A DNA stretch of 64,000 nucleotides from Eledone cirrhosa. Its lineage: Eukaryota. A program made the translations under genes and the position numbers. The stretch spans positions 42,532,001 to 42,596,000 of the forward strand of contig OZ024752.1 in assembly GCA_964016885.1 (NCBI GenBank). Reading direction: 5' to 3'. The notes beneath the pieces were generated by a model that saw only the letters and a program-made list of their open reading frames with translations, searched no databases and had not been told where the DNA came from. Positions 13,319-26,078 of the stretch are shown here, piece after piece; the stretch's first letter is position 1; every line of letters begins with the position of its first letter.

Positions 13319-16300
13319 TTAGCAGCGATACCCGGGTGTAAGTCTACAATTAGTAAATCATTTTTTTAAAGAGAAAACAACGTTACACGAACCCCCAAAA
13401 AAACTTATTTTTAACCATAAGAAGTATGTGTTGTTCGATGTAAAAACGGTAAAATGTTATGGCACATGAAAGGTGGATGAGTGTAAAAATGTGACGATGC
13501 GGTGAAGCTCCAAACGCGAACTATGCCACAAGGAAGTCAGCAGCCCAAAAGTGAGTCACATGGAATTTATAACAATAATGTGGGATGTTTGGCAATTCAG
13601 GGACTGAAGTCGTTGCGGGATGACGGAGATAATGTATGACGACTTTGAGTGAAAGGTACAAATGACGGGGGTGTCATACGTTTGCTACAGTAAAAACATG
13701 TAAATTTTTCGTTATGCATTGCGTATATGTAGGGCATTCTAATGATTTATGGAGTTTGAAATGCTTACCATTCTGTATAGTTGTGGCTGCCAATAGAAAC
13801 TGACGTTGCTTTCCTTAGACTGGTTGCAGTGACATAGACCAAACATGAAAGACGCTCAAAATTCCTCAACACAAATTCTGCACCAACCTCGATTGCAAAA
13901 GTAACAGAATAACGAATAGCGAATATTACGCCAAAAGAAAAATGCTGAAGCAACTTCTATTGCACGAGATGCAGAAAACGAAACAACGTTCGATGCGACA
14001 GCAAATAAATGCTGAGGCAACTGCTGCTGCTCGAGGTGCAGAAAACGATTCTCAACCCTCACTGCGACAGAAAGCAAATATTGAGGCAACGTCTATTGCA
14101 GGAGATGCAGAGAACGAACCACAGCGTTCATTACGGCGGCATAGAAATGCTGAGGCAACTTCCGCAGCTCGAACTGCATCAACCGAAACACAGCGTCAAG
14201 TCAAGTCCGGTCCAGTACCTTATTTATATACTTGCAGACATATTTGTTTGATTTAATAGAGTTGCACCATTCAACATTTATGTGGGAGTTGAACGCCTTG
14301 AGTAGTAATGGGCAGTACAGTACAATCCATCGGTTGTCAATTTCATGTTTTCCAACCAGTGCTGTTAGTCCTCCGTCCTCAGGGCTTCTTCGTCTGTATG
14401 ATGGGTATCCGTCATCAGCAGTTTGAATTTCGCGAAGGAAGGCGTTTGGGTATTTTTTGGAGCAAATACCATTGTTCAAACACGGGGAGTTAGATTTGAA
14501 GCCATGTCCACAAGGACTGTGAACTATGTGCGCCGTAACCGTGTCAAATAGGGTTTTGTCAGTTTGCGGGTTTGGAAGCTCTGCGGATATAATCTTGTCG
14601 ATGTCATCTGCTCTGATTTTTGTCGACAACCAAATAAGAATGTGCGCATGGGAGAGTCCCCGCTTCTGCCATTCAATTGTGTACATGTAACATTGCACAC
14701 CTCCAAATACCTGGCCCTTTGTAATAAGGTCCATTAGCTTGTATACTTTTAGCTTGAAGACTCTGGATGAGAGGTCATGGCGACCGCTGGGCTGTTGTCC
14801 TGGAAGGAGTTCATGGGCAATTTCTTGCCACGAAGGATTGCATGTAAAAGTAATAAATAGGTCTGATTTGCCGTACTCGCGCACATACGTCATCGCGTCC
14901 TGGGTTTTTGAATGCACACAACGGGGACTTCCTTTGAAGGTTGAAGGTAACACGCAAACTTTTCCAATGTTATCTGGGTTTTCATTATTGTTCATTCCAT
15001 CACACAGGTGAATGTAATTGTCGCTGCGTAGTTTTGTCTTATGAAGCACAGTCGTTCAGTCTCCATTTTCGCGGCCATGTCTACAGCAAATTGGTTGAAT
15101 AGTTGTTGTGAACGATAAAGGTGGTTAAAGCAGTTGTTGCGGACCATGAAGTGGAGGCATAGAATTGCATGCAAGACACTGTCTTATTGGTAGGTTGGTC
15201 AGGTGCCAGTGGGTTGAACTGCGGAATTGTGGTGTGGTATCCGTTTTCACCACGCGGAAAGAGAAGTGCATACATCAGGGCACCGGTCCCATCCGGGAAA
15301 TGGCCATGCTCAGTGTGTAGGAAAGGAGTAGGCAGAAACTCCATTTTATGTCCCAAATGCAAAGTATGGGTGCATAAAAGATGTAGTGGGATCACAGGTA
15401 AGCTAACTAAGAACATAGATTTTATATGTGGCCGGTGCTCTGGTGCAATAAGTAGCAGCAAGTGCCCACAGAATACGAGCTCATTCCATTGCACAGATAG
15501 TTCTATAGAAATAGTGGACACCTTCCGTTACTTGGGTGACAAAAATCAGCAGTGGGGGAGGGTGCTCTGAAAGTACAGTAGCTAGAGTCAGAACCGGATG
15601 GAAAAAGTTCAGAGAGCTTATACCACTATTAGCCGCTAAAGGGTTCTCTCTAAAAATGAAAGGCAGGCTGTATGATGCCTGCATATGAACAGCAATGTTA
15701 CATGGCAGTGAGACCTGGGCATTGTGTGCAGAGGATATACGCAGACTGGAGAGGAACGAAGCTTGCATGCTCCGCTGGATGTGTAATAGTAATACACGTG
15801 AACGGCAAAGCATAAACGAACTAAGGGAAAAATTAGAAATAAGAGGGATCAGATGTTGTTTACTCGAGAGAAGACTACGTTGGTATGGTCACGTGATGCG
15901 CATGAAAGACAACAGCTGTATAAAAAAGTGCAGGGCAATAAAAATAGACGGTAACCACGGAGTAGGCAGACCCAGAAAAACCTGGGACGACTTGATAAAT
16001 TCCGACCTCACACACTTACACCTCTCCAAGTCAATGTCACTGGACCGAGATCTTTGGCGCTACACAGTAATACAGAAGACCCGCCTTACCTAAGTACAAT
16101 GTGAAACCTACTACAGTCAGTAGGCACCTCTAACAAAAATACACCCCCGTCCCACTACCCCCACCCCATCCACACCACCCCTTTCAATGTAAAGATTTGT
16201 TGGTACCACAACATCCAATCCGAAACAAATGAGATCGTGTAGGTATCACGACAAAAACACACAGTCCACGCTGTAATGTGGCCGTGTAGGTAACACGGTA

Positions 16301-17615
16301 AAAACCTCCCAGTCCACACTGTAAACGCGGTTGGTGTTAGGAAGGGCATCCAGCCGTAGAAAACCTGCCAGACAGTCCTATACGAGCAAGACAACCACTC
16401 TTGCCTCAAGTGGGAAAACTCCCGTCCAAACCCATGCAAGCGTGGAAGATGGACGTTAAACGATGATGATGATGATGATGATCGTAGGATCTGTGTATCT
16501 CACTGATCCGTTGAAGGGTGTTGTCACGACGTTTAAGAATGTCTCTTCTGTTGTGTTGATCACCATGGAGGACTATAGAAACTTCATTGCATGCGAGTGG
16601 ATTGAAGCAACCGGCATGCTCTCGGGCTGGTCTTTCTTCAGCATTGAGAACCAAGTTGTGAAGTTGTTTAAAGGTGCATTTTCCAGGGCGTATTTGAAGC
16701 TAAGCACGTAACTGTTGTTCGTATGCAGCATTTCTTGAAGTTGAATTAGCAGCTCTGGGTTGGTTTTGGGTGAAACGGCTTTCCGTCTCTCTGCCTGTTC
16801 TCGGTAGTCAGCAATGAAGTAAATCTGAAGGAAGTTGAAGTTGTGCTCTGCATTTGTCACAGGTAAGAGTGATACGATCCTGTGGTAAACCTGCCCCTCC
16901 CCCCCCCCCACCGCACTTTGAAAGTAGTCATAAATCCACCTTCATTGACAATGTTTGATCCGAGGGAGGTCATTTGGAAGGCCAGTTGTACTGTTACAGT
17001 TCAGTTGTAGGTTATAAATAAATTATCATCTACAACTACTGTCACTGGAAAAAAATGGCGTAAGTGAAACGCCACACGCACGTGTGCACGTCCACACACA
17101 CGTTAATAGATTTAACTCTTACTGGAACGCTGCACGAACACCACACGCACACATTAATTAGTTATAGCTTTCCTTCCCCCTCTTCCACTGTCACGTATCA
17201 AACACAGTGTCTGTCGCTCTCTCTTTCTCTCTCCCTCTTTTAGTCTGTCTGTTTCTTTCTCTCTCCCTCTTTTAGTCTGTCTGTTTCTTTCACTCTCCCT
17301 CTTTTAGTCTGTCTGTTTCTTTCACTCTCACTCTTTTAGTCTGTCTGTTTCTTTCTCTCTCCCTCTTTTAGTCTGTCTGTTTCTTTCACTCTCACTCTTT
17401 CTTTTTCACTTTTTACAGATATAGAGATTTTTTTTTTTTTTTTTTTTTTCTGTGCAAAGTCGTACCTATAGTCAGTTTTATCGATTGTTTACCTGGACAA
17501 AAGGGGGAGTCGATCATTCGCCATGCCGTGCCGACCTGCCCTGATGAATTTGTGGTTGATTACAAAAAAAAATTTTGAAAATCGGCCTTGCGGATAGAAA
17601 GTTGCTGCGGAATAG

Positions 17616-17646
<31 letters not shown>

Positions 17647-17704
17647 TTTTCATAGATATAGATATATATATAGATAGATATATAGATATATATATATATA
17701 TAGA
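13319..17704 (-). mobile_element. Decayed autonomous Helitron (RepHel fragments), interrupted by an RTE LINE and internally rearranged
   Basis: Frameshifted Rep pieces: AFQMTSLG (~16960), GQVYHRI..LQIYF (16573-16911), RISEIHRSYD|ALMYALLFPRGENG, QQLFNQFAVDM, and ORF 14201-15049 with LFITFTCNP, the HUH motif EWQKRGLSHAHILIWL and KYxxKY. The 5' end is TCTAT...AAAATGTCTGTGTG (~17650-17704); the 3' end is ...CCCGGGTATCGCTGCTAA at 13319. Confidence 0.88.
15283..16480 (+). mobile_element. 5'-truncated RTE-type LINE inserted in the Helitron
   Basis: RT C-terminus VDTFRYLG...ARVRTGWKKF...MLHGSETW...RRLRWYGHVMRM...GRPRKTW; 3' UTR ends in (GAT)n; it splits the Helitron codons for SYD|ALMY. Confidence 0.92.
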
Positions 17705-18143
17705 TATATATATATATACACCGATATCTGCATTGCTTTATTGTACTACAATAAAACTCACCTCCCTCATTATATATATATATATTTCTGATAGCATTCG
17801 TTAGCTTGCCCACAACCGGAGCTTCTTATATATATATATATATATTAATAAAAGGAATTCCAACTTTGTCTGATTTACTCGTTTTATTTACAATCCTTTA
17901 AAATGTATAATGGTATTAGAATGAAATAGTATGGTAGAATATTAAATGTTAAGTGTTAATATTCTACCATACTATTTCATTCTAATACCATTATACATTT
18001 TAAAGGATTGTAAATAAATGGAGTAAATCAGACAAAGTTAGAATTCCTTTTATTAATATAATCTTCTATACACAATCATACACACCCGTGTATATTTATA
18101 TATAAAGTTAACGAGATATCGACCACGTTATTCTTCACTCATT

Positions 18144-18187
<44 letters not shown>

Positions 18188-18332
18188 GATATTAACAAAT
18201 GGAAACTATATTTATAAAACGTTTTTACTCCAATTATTTGTTGAGTGCTTTATACCAGTTATAAAAATATTTGCTTGTTGTATCCCAACAATTTAAATAG
18301 AACTTCTACATACATATATATATATATATATA

Positions 18333-18366
<34 letters not shown>

Positions 18367-18529
18367 GTATATGTTTATACACAGACATACATATATGTAA
18401 ATCCAGAGTTGAATCGGGGAAAACACCCCAGTATTTTCACGAGTGAAACAGTTCTAGTCCTGTAGAAGCCATTTCTATATATAAATATGTATATCGATGT
18501 ATTGTTTTTATACAAACACACATATATAT

Positions 18530-18847
18530 ATATACTATATAAATACTATATAAACGTACTCACTATAGACATATATATATATATACTATATAAACGTACT
18601 CACTATAGACATATATATATATATATATATATATATACTATATAAAAGTACTCACTATAGACATATATATATATATATATATATATATACTATATAAACG
18701 TACTCACTATAGACATATATATATATATATATATACTATATAAACGTACTCACTATAGACATATATATATATATATATATATATACTATATAAACGTACT
18801 CACTATAGACATATATATATATATACTATATAAACGTACTCACTATA

Positions 18848-18879
<32 letters not shown>

Positions 18880-19293
18880 CTATATAAAAGTACTCACTAT
18901 AGACATATATATATATATATATATATACTATATAAACGTACTCACTATAGACATATATATATATATATATATATATATACTATATAAACGTACTCACTAT
19001 AGACATATATATATATATATACTATATAAACGTACTCACTATAGACATATATATATATATATATATATACTATATAAACGTACTCACTATAGACATATAT
19101 ATATATATATATATATATACTATATAAACGTACTCACTATAGACATATATATATACTATATAAAAATACTCACTATAGACATATATATACTATATAAAAG
19201 TACTCACTATATATATATATATATATAACGAAGGAAATGTGGTAAGAGTACTCAATACTTATATATATATACTATATAAAAGTACTCACTATA

Positions 19294-19341
<48 letters not shown>

Positions 19342-19519
19342 GATACATTAACGGAGCCATAGACTCGCCGTTCCCTGAAAATAATGTGCTCAAAGGAGTG
19401 GAAATCCTAGGCACTTTAAAATACAATATGTTGAAAAGATACTATAGAGAGAGATAGTGCGCCATGTACTCACTATAGACATATATATATATATATACTA
19501 TATAAAAGTACTCACTATA

Positions 19520-19556
<37 letters not shown>

Positions 19557-20021
19557 TATATAAAAGTACTCACTATTGAAATATATATATATATATACTA
19601 TATAAACGTACTCACTATAGACATATATATATATATACTATATAAACGTACTCACTATAGACATATATATATATATATATACTATATAAACGTACTCACT
19701 ATAGACATATATATATATATATATACTATATAAACGTACTCACTATAGACATATATATATATATATACTATATAAACGTACTCACTATAGACATATATAT
19801 ATATATATATATACTATATAAACGTACTCACTATAGACATATATATATATATATATACTATATAAACGTACTCACTATAGACATATATATATATATATAT
19901 ATACTATATAAACGTACTCACTATAGACATATATATATATATATATATATATATACTATATAAACGTACTCACTATAGACATATATATATATATATATAC
20001 TATATAAACGTACTCACTATA

Positions 20022-20060
<39 letters not shown>
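18530..20060. repeat. Compound minisatellite: constant ~28-bp core separated by variable (TA)n
   Basis: Core TACTATATAAACGTACTCACTATAGACA, roughly 28-30 copies, in NUDT21 intron 1. Confidence 0.92.
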
Positions 20061-20089
<29 letters not shown>

Positions 20090-20282
20090 CGAAGGAAATG
20101 TGGTAAGGAACCAGATGGACCATAGCGCACCAGAGTACTTAATACTTAGGGTAGTAGAGTGGGTAATAGGAAAAAAGTATGACCCCGACGGCAGAGCCAA
20201 AGCCGTTTCGACCGCTATTTCTGGACTAGAAATAGCCGTTTAAACGGCTTGAGCTCTGCTGTCGGAGTCATACTTTTTCCTA

Positions 20283-20325
<43 letters not shown>

Positions 20326-20511
20326 TATATAAAAGTACTCACTATAGACACATATATATATATATATTATATATATAGGAAAAAGTATAACCCCGACGGC
20401 AGAGCTCAAGCCGTCGGGGTCATACTTTTTCCTATTACCAACTCTACTACCCTCAGTATTGAGTACTCTGGTGCTTTATGGTCCATCTGGTTCCTTACCA
20501 CAACTCCTTCG

Positions 20512-20547
<36 letters not shown>

Positions 20548-20852
20548 CAGATATATCGCGGAAATAAAAGAAATAAAACATTTAAAATAATATAAAAATA
20601 TATAATATACACAGCTTACAAAATTTTTAAATCCTTCGACATTTTAAGTAACGGAATTGTGAGTTACAGATAAAAGGCACAGTTGTTCTCTTACTAAACC
20701 AATTAATATTTAAATATTCAAATCCATTGTTCCCTCTAGATGTTAGTTGCAGCTCGAATGGATCTCGTGTGATAAGAATTAACATGGAGGAGATGTATTG
20801 AGGTCAGCCAATCAGAATATAAAAAAATAGTGTGTTGTTGTGTTATACTTAC

Positions 20853-20989
20853 AGATTAATGGTTCTTTCGATGGTAATTGAGGAAGAAGAGAGCGTTATG
20901 TTTCCGTATTTTCCTGAATTATGCAGTGAGCCAGCCTTTGGCCAACCTGACCTCGGGTAGGAAGGCATTTTAGGGGTTTGATGAGCCAT
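20853..20989 (-). CDS. NUDT21: NUDT21/CPSF5 (CFIm25) coding exon 1
   Basis: ATG at 20989 gives MAHQTPKMPSYPRSGWPKAGSLHNSGKYGNITLSSSSITIERTIN(L). The GWP and ERTINL motifs match the CFIm25 N-terminus. Ends at a GTAAGT donor in phase 2 (137 nt). Confidence 0.9.
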
Positions 20990-21173
20990 GCGTGACCGTT
21001 TACAAATACAAATAAATGTTGAAAATAATTTACTTAGTATGAGTGTGTTTTCTAGCTAGCTGTTTGCATATTAGGTGAGTATAAATTTAGGAAGCGCTAT
21101 TTCTAGCAGTAGAATATTATAACACACGTATCTACCATTTTTCCCACAGTTTTCAGTTAATGTTTCGTATAGT

Positions 21174-21208
21174 AGTTATCTCCCTTCAGGGTTAAATGAA
21201 CCGGAAGT
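21174..21208. promoter_or_regulatory. Putative NUDT21 proximal promoter: AAGGGAGATAACT motif (minus strand) plus ETS/GABP site ACCGGAAGT
   Basis: About 190-220 bp upstream of the ATG; perfect ETS consensus at 21200-21208. A CCAAT box (AGCCAATCAG) lies at 20806-20815, just inside intron 1. Confidence 0.5.
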
Positions 21209-21629
21209 TGTGAAGGGTTTATGTAAAATAAGGATTAAACATTGCGAGTCGAAATGATTCTTTAACTAATTCATTTTATCAAACGAGATGATTCTTTCAA
21301 GATTTGTCTGTAAACTAAACTTACTGGCTACACCTCTGTAGGTTGCTTCTACCACTCTTACCAGACATTCCCCTATCCCTAGATTATGGAGTGGGGGAAC
21401 CCTGTCAAAGCGCCGAGTGCTCAAGGCAACGTTAATTTCACGAGCAAACTGTTCTTTTGTTCGAGAAACAGGAACACTCGGCCGAAACTGATGGAGGTCC
21501 TCTACTCAGCTGAATCTGCTTGAGAAATACATTAAGAGTGGGACACGTGTCTGTGGAACAGTCAGCTCTCTGTAGCCATTGCAGGTTTTTTCACATGCTT
21601 TTGTTAACAACTAATCGATTTTAGGCCGG

Positions 21630-21800
21630 CGAGTGATGGGCACAGAATAACAAACCAACCTGAAGTTGCTGGTCCAGCTGGGGAAAACTCCGTCAGAAGC
21701 ACTTGAAGTACTGCAGCAAGTGTAATGAGACGAGACATGTGCTCTCAGGGACGAGAGGACAAGGAAGACAACCCCCAGGAGCGGAAGGCATTCAACGTTC
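21630..21800 (+). mobile_element. Mariner transposase N-terminal HTH remnant
   Basis: TE*QTNLKLLVQLGKTPSEALEVLQQV...GREDKED.PRSGRHST resembles the mariner EQRxxIKF..LGKSATET..GRED.EDDPRSGRPST pattern. Confidence 0.6.
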
Positions 21801-21919
21801 TAACGACTTACAGCCTTTGATTCTACAATACAAAATTATTTCTTCTTTTTCTTCTTCACCCATCTATTCCTGTGAGGGGCAGTCCTCAAATACTCCTCCT
21901 TCCAGTGGGCCCTGACAGA

Positions 21920-22500
21920 AGCAACCGTCTTCTTCAACTGATCCAGCTGGATTCACAAGAGATACCAGCCAATCTCATGGATGTTATCCAACCATCTTGC
22001 TCGGGGTCTACCCCTGGGTCTCCTGCCAGTTGGTTTTGTCTGTAAAATCTGTCCAACAATTCTTTCCTGAGACATTCTAACCACATGTCCATAGTATCAG
22101 AGCTGTGATCTCTCAATTCAGAGAAGTAGCAGCTCTACCTGGAGTGATTCTCCAGTGATTCTTTCCTGAGACATTCTAACCACATGTCCATAGTATCAGA
22201 GCTGTGATCTCTCAATTCAGAGAAGTAGCAGCTCTACTTGGAGTGATTCTCCAGTGATTCTTTTCCGAGACATTCTAACCACATGCCCATAGTATCGGAG
22301 CTGTGATCTCTCAATTTGGAGAAGTAGCAGTTCTACCTAGAGTGACTTTCCTGTGATTCTTTTCTGAGACAATCTAGCCCGATGCCCATAATATTGGAGC
22401 TGTGATCTCTCAATTCGGAGAAGTAGCGGCTCTACCTGGAGTGACTCGCTGATCTCCGAGCTGCGCACTTACTGAGTAACGTTACTCCAAAGACCCAACG
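21920..22500 (-). mobile_element. RTE-type LINE 3' fragment with an ~84-bp internal unit repeated about 4 times
   Basis: Minus strand reads RVELLLL..ERSQL..YGHVVRMSQE and TGRRPRGRPRARW. A related fragment lies at ~60165-60420 (+). Confidence 0.75.
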
Positions 22501-22778
22501 TCATCATATTTACTGATGATTACTATAAATAATAGTTGATGAAATTGAATAAAGTACCCCTCAAGACAAATAAATATATCCAAGGATACTTTACCCAACT
22601 TTCTAAACTATTATTTATAAGGATCAACTATTATTATGGTCATTTACTTTGGGACAACATTTCAAGAACTATTTGTTTTGTGTTACAAAATATTCACAAC
22701 AAAATTCATTTATAACAAAATTATTTGTTTTATATTACAAAAATATTTATTACATTAACTCTTAACATCATGCCACAG

Positions 22779-22839
22779 TCAACAGTGAGAACCAGATTCA
22801 ACATTTTTGAGATGGGCTTCCTTTAAGTTATCAAATAAC
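22779..22839 (-). CDS. TYW3: TYW3 terminal coding exon 7
   Basis: ttgattgcag acceptor with the correct phase; (R)LFDNLKEAHLKNVESGSHC-stop. Total CDS 612 nt = 203 aa. Confidence 0.75.
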
Positions 22840-22931
22840 CTGCAATCAAAAATAATCCAGCATTAATCCTTTTCATATCACAAAACAATAAATAATGAAT
22901 AGTTTCCTAGGGTACATTACTTTAATTACAT

Positions 22932-23905
22932 TAGTGATTCCCAATGTAGGGTGCCCGTCCCACATTGGGAGCAATTAGAATATTCAAAGGGGCAATTTGA
23001 AAATGTTAATGAGAGCAAACTTCTGGTTTTACTCAATTACTTTTACAAGGAAAATTTGGAACAAATTACAGTCAGAAACTCCTGTCTCACCTCCTCCACA
23101 TGTTATTGTACATCTGGCACCACCCATACCAAGGTAACTTTGGTAGACATTACAATCAGAAACTCCTGTCTCACCTCCTCCACACGTTATTGTACATCTG
23201 GCACCACCTATACCAAGGTAACTTTGGTAGACATTACTGTCAGAAACTCCTGTCTCACCTCCTCCACACGTTATTGTACATCTGGCACCACCTATACCAA
23301 GGTAACTTTGGTAGACATTACTGTCAGAAACTCCTGTCTCACCTCCTCCACACATGTTATTGTACATCTGCCACCACCCATACCAAGGTTACTTTGGTAG
23401 ACATTACAATCAGAAACTCCTGTCTCACCTCCTCCACACGTTATTGTACATCTGGCACCACCTATACCAAGGTAACTTTGGTAGACATTACTGTCAGAAA
23501 CTCCTGTCTCACCTCCTCCACACGTTATTGTACATCTGGCACCACCTATACCAAGGTAACTTTGGTAGACATTACAATCAGAAACTCCTGTTTCACCTCC
23601 TCCACACGTTATTGTACATCTGGCACCACCTATACCAAGGTAACTTTGGTAAACATTACTGTCAGAAACTCCTGTCTCACCTCCTCCACATGTTATAGTA
23701 CATCACGTACCACCCATACCAAGGTAACTTTGGTAGACATTACTGTCAGAAACTCCTGTCTCACCTCCCCCACATCACGTACCACCCATACGCCAATTTG
23801 TTTGCACTTTATAGTTGATGATCGCTGTTTTTATATCAAAGTGTAGCATAAAAATGTTTGAGATGTTGAGGTGGGGTATGGAGCTCAAAAGGTTAGAAAC
23901 CACTG
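22932..23905. mobile_element. Older hAT-type MITE with internal 87-bp minisatellite
   Basis: Ends TAGTGATTCCCAA / TTAGAAACCACTG; imperfect 8-bp TSD AATTACAT / AATTAGAG. Confidence 0.55.
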
Positions 23906-23934
23906 AATTAGAGGTACAACAGATGAAAAAAACG

Positions 23935-24181
23935 GACATGATAATGGTGGTGGTGGTAATGGTCAACAGATGAAAAAAACGGACATGATAATGGTGGTGG
24001 TAATGGTCATTATGATGATAGTAGTGGTGGTGATTATGATAGTGATGATGATGATAATGATGGTGGTAGTGATGATAATGATGGTGGTGGTGTTGTTAGT
24101 GATAGTGATGGTGGTAGTGGTGGTATTAGTGATGATGGTGGTGGTGGTGATGGTGGTGGTAATAATTATGATGATGATGAT
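23935..24181. repeat. (GAT/GGT)n trinucleotide microsatellite
   Basis: Degenerate ATG/GTG repeats in TYW3 intron 6. Confidence 0.9.
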
Positions 24182-24246
24182 TCAGAATGGCTAAAGAGAA
24201 GGTGGGAAGGGGGAAGGGTCAAAAGGGAACAAAATAAGACAAATAC

Positions 24247-24311
24247 CTTTGAATCCTTGTAAAGTTTTCCTTCATTTTTTGGTTTGCTATATTAATCAGA
24301 TGATCAATATA
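24247..24311 (-). CDS. TYW3: TYW3 exon 6
   Basis: tttcag acceptor; YIDHLINIANQKMKENFTRIQ(R) (ANxKMxxNxxRI motif); GTATTT donor; 65 nt, phase 2. Confidence 0.92.
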
Positions 24312-24630
24312 CTGAAATAATAGAAAGACATAAAAAATAATATATGCAGGCTTTTTAAATAGTCTGGCTGCATAGGAAAAATATTTAACCTTCTTCGTGC
24401 TGCAGGCGACAGAATGCACCAGTAGAGTAACCTCCCCTTAATACATAATACAGTATCAAGGGAAGCAATCCATTAAAAAATTCAGCCACCAGAAGGTTAA
24501 TACTAGAATTCTATTTGAAATGTAGTTGTCCTAATGTAAAAGATTGTAACAATGGACAATCACTATAAATAATGATTTCTACTATAGACACAAGGCCAGC
24601 AATTTGGGGAGAGGGGCAAGTTGATTAAAT

Positions 24631-25537
24631 CAGGCATGTCAAACATGCAGCCCTTTACAAGCACACCTGTGACCCGCACAAAGGTTTTTACAGCACTAGC
24701 GTAATATAAAATAAAAAAATATTAGTTGTCATGTGTGGCCCTCAGACAACACATATGTGACCCATGTGGCCCTCAGACAACACATCTGTGACCCATGTGG
24801 CCCTCGGACAACACACATGTGACCCATGTGGCCCTCAGACAACACACGTGACCCATGTGGCCCTCAGATAACACATATGTGACCCATGTGGCCCTCAGAC
24901 AACACATATGTGACCCATGTGGCCCTCAGACAACACATATGTGACCCATGTGGCCCTCAGACAACACATGTGTGACCCATGTGGCCCTCAGACAACACAT
25001 GTGACCCATGTGGTCCTCAAACAACACATATGTGACACATGTGGCCCTCAGACAACACATATGTGACCCATGTGGCCCCCAGACAACACATGTGACCCAT
25101 GTGGCCTTCAGACAACACATATGTGACCCATGTGGTCCTCAAACAACACATATGTGACACATGTGGCCCTCAGACAACACATATGTGACACATGTGGCCC
25201 TCAGACAACACATATGTGACCCATGTGGCCCTCAGACAACACATGTGACACATGTGGCCCTCAGACAACACATATGTGACCCATGTGGCCCTCAGACAAC
25301 ACATATGTGGCCCTCAGACAACACGTGATCCATGTGGCCCTCAGACAACACGTAGCCCACAGACAACACATGTGACCCATGTGGCCCTCAGACAACACAT
25401 ATGTGACCCATGTGGCTCTCAGACAACACATGTGACCCATGTGGCCCTCAGACAACACATATGTGACCCATGTGGCCCTCAGACAACACATATGTGACCC
25501 ATGTAGCTCTCAGGGGTCTCACAGTTTGACATGTCTA
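24631..25537. mobile_element. hAT-type MITE with internal 31-bp minisatellite, nested in a SINE
   Basis: TIRs CAGGCATGTCAAAC / GTTTGACATGTCTA; exact 8-bp TSD GATTAAAT (24623-24630, 25538-25545); SINE halves at 24570-24630 and 25546-25690. Confidence 0.85.
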
Positions 25538-26078
25538 GATTAAATCAATCCCAGTACATTACTGGTACTTTATTTTATCGACCTCGTTAGGATGAAAAGC
25601 AAAGCTAACCTTGAACTCAGACTGTAAAGGGCCGTATCTTTATGCTGTAAAGCATGGTGTCTGACGCTCGACCGATGCTGCCAATCCACAGCCCTTTTTG
25701 AACATTCAGAGTACCAGGAAAATCCTTATCAATATTGGTTGAGAAAATTGAGTAAAATACCCCTGGAGATGGAAAAAAAAAGGGGACTCAGGCCTTACTA
25801 AGAAATGAAACCAGTGCATATCTTGAGTGCCAGGCAAGAACATTAACCATGACACTAAGGGGTTCCTGGCCACCAAATACCAGGGTGTGAGGCAGATGGT
25901 TTGAGGATGTGAGGACAATGGTTTGTGGGTGCCAGGCCAATGGTCTGAGAATGCAAGGCCAATTATTTAAGGCCAGTGGTTTATGGGTGCAAGGTCAATG
26001 GTTTGAGGGTGCTAGGGGCTCATCATTGCCATTTTGTATATACACTGAGTATGTTTTTTCCTTCCAAAGATAACTTAC

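Noticed and set aside
18530-20060. CRISPR-like repeat/spacer look and T7-promoter-like ACTCACTATAG
   Set aside because: The spacers are only variable-length (TA)n, there are no cas genes and the context is eukaryotic. The T7 match covers only 11 nt and lacks TAATACG, so it is probably coincidental rather than vector contamination.
22951-23846. Overlapping repeat ORFs in TYW3 intron 6
   Set aside because: 87-bp minisatellite inside a MITE.
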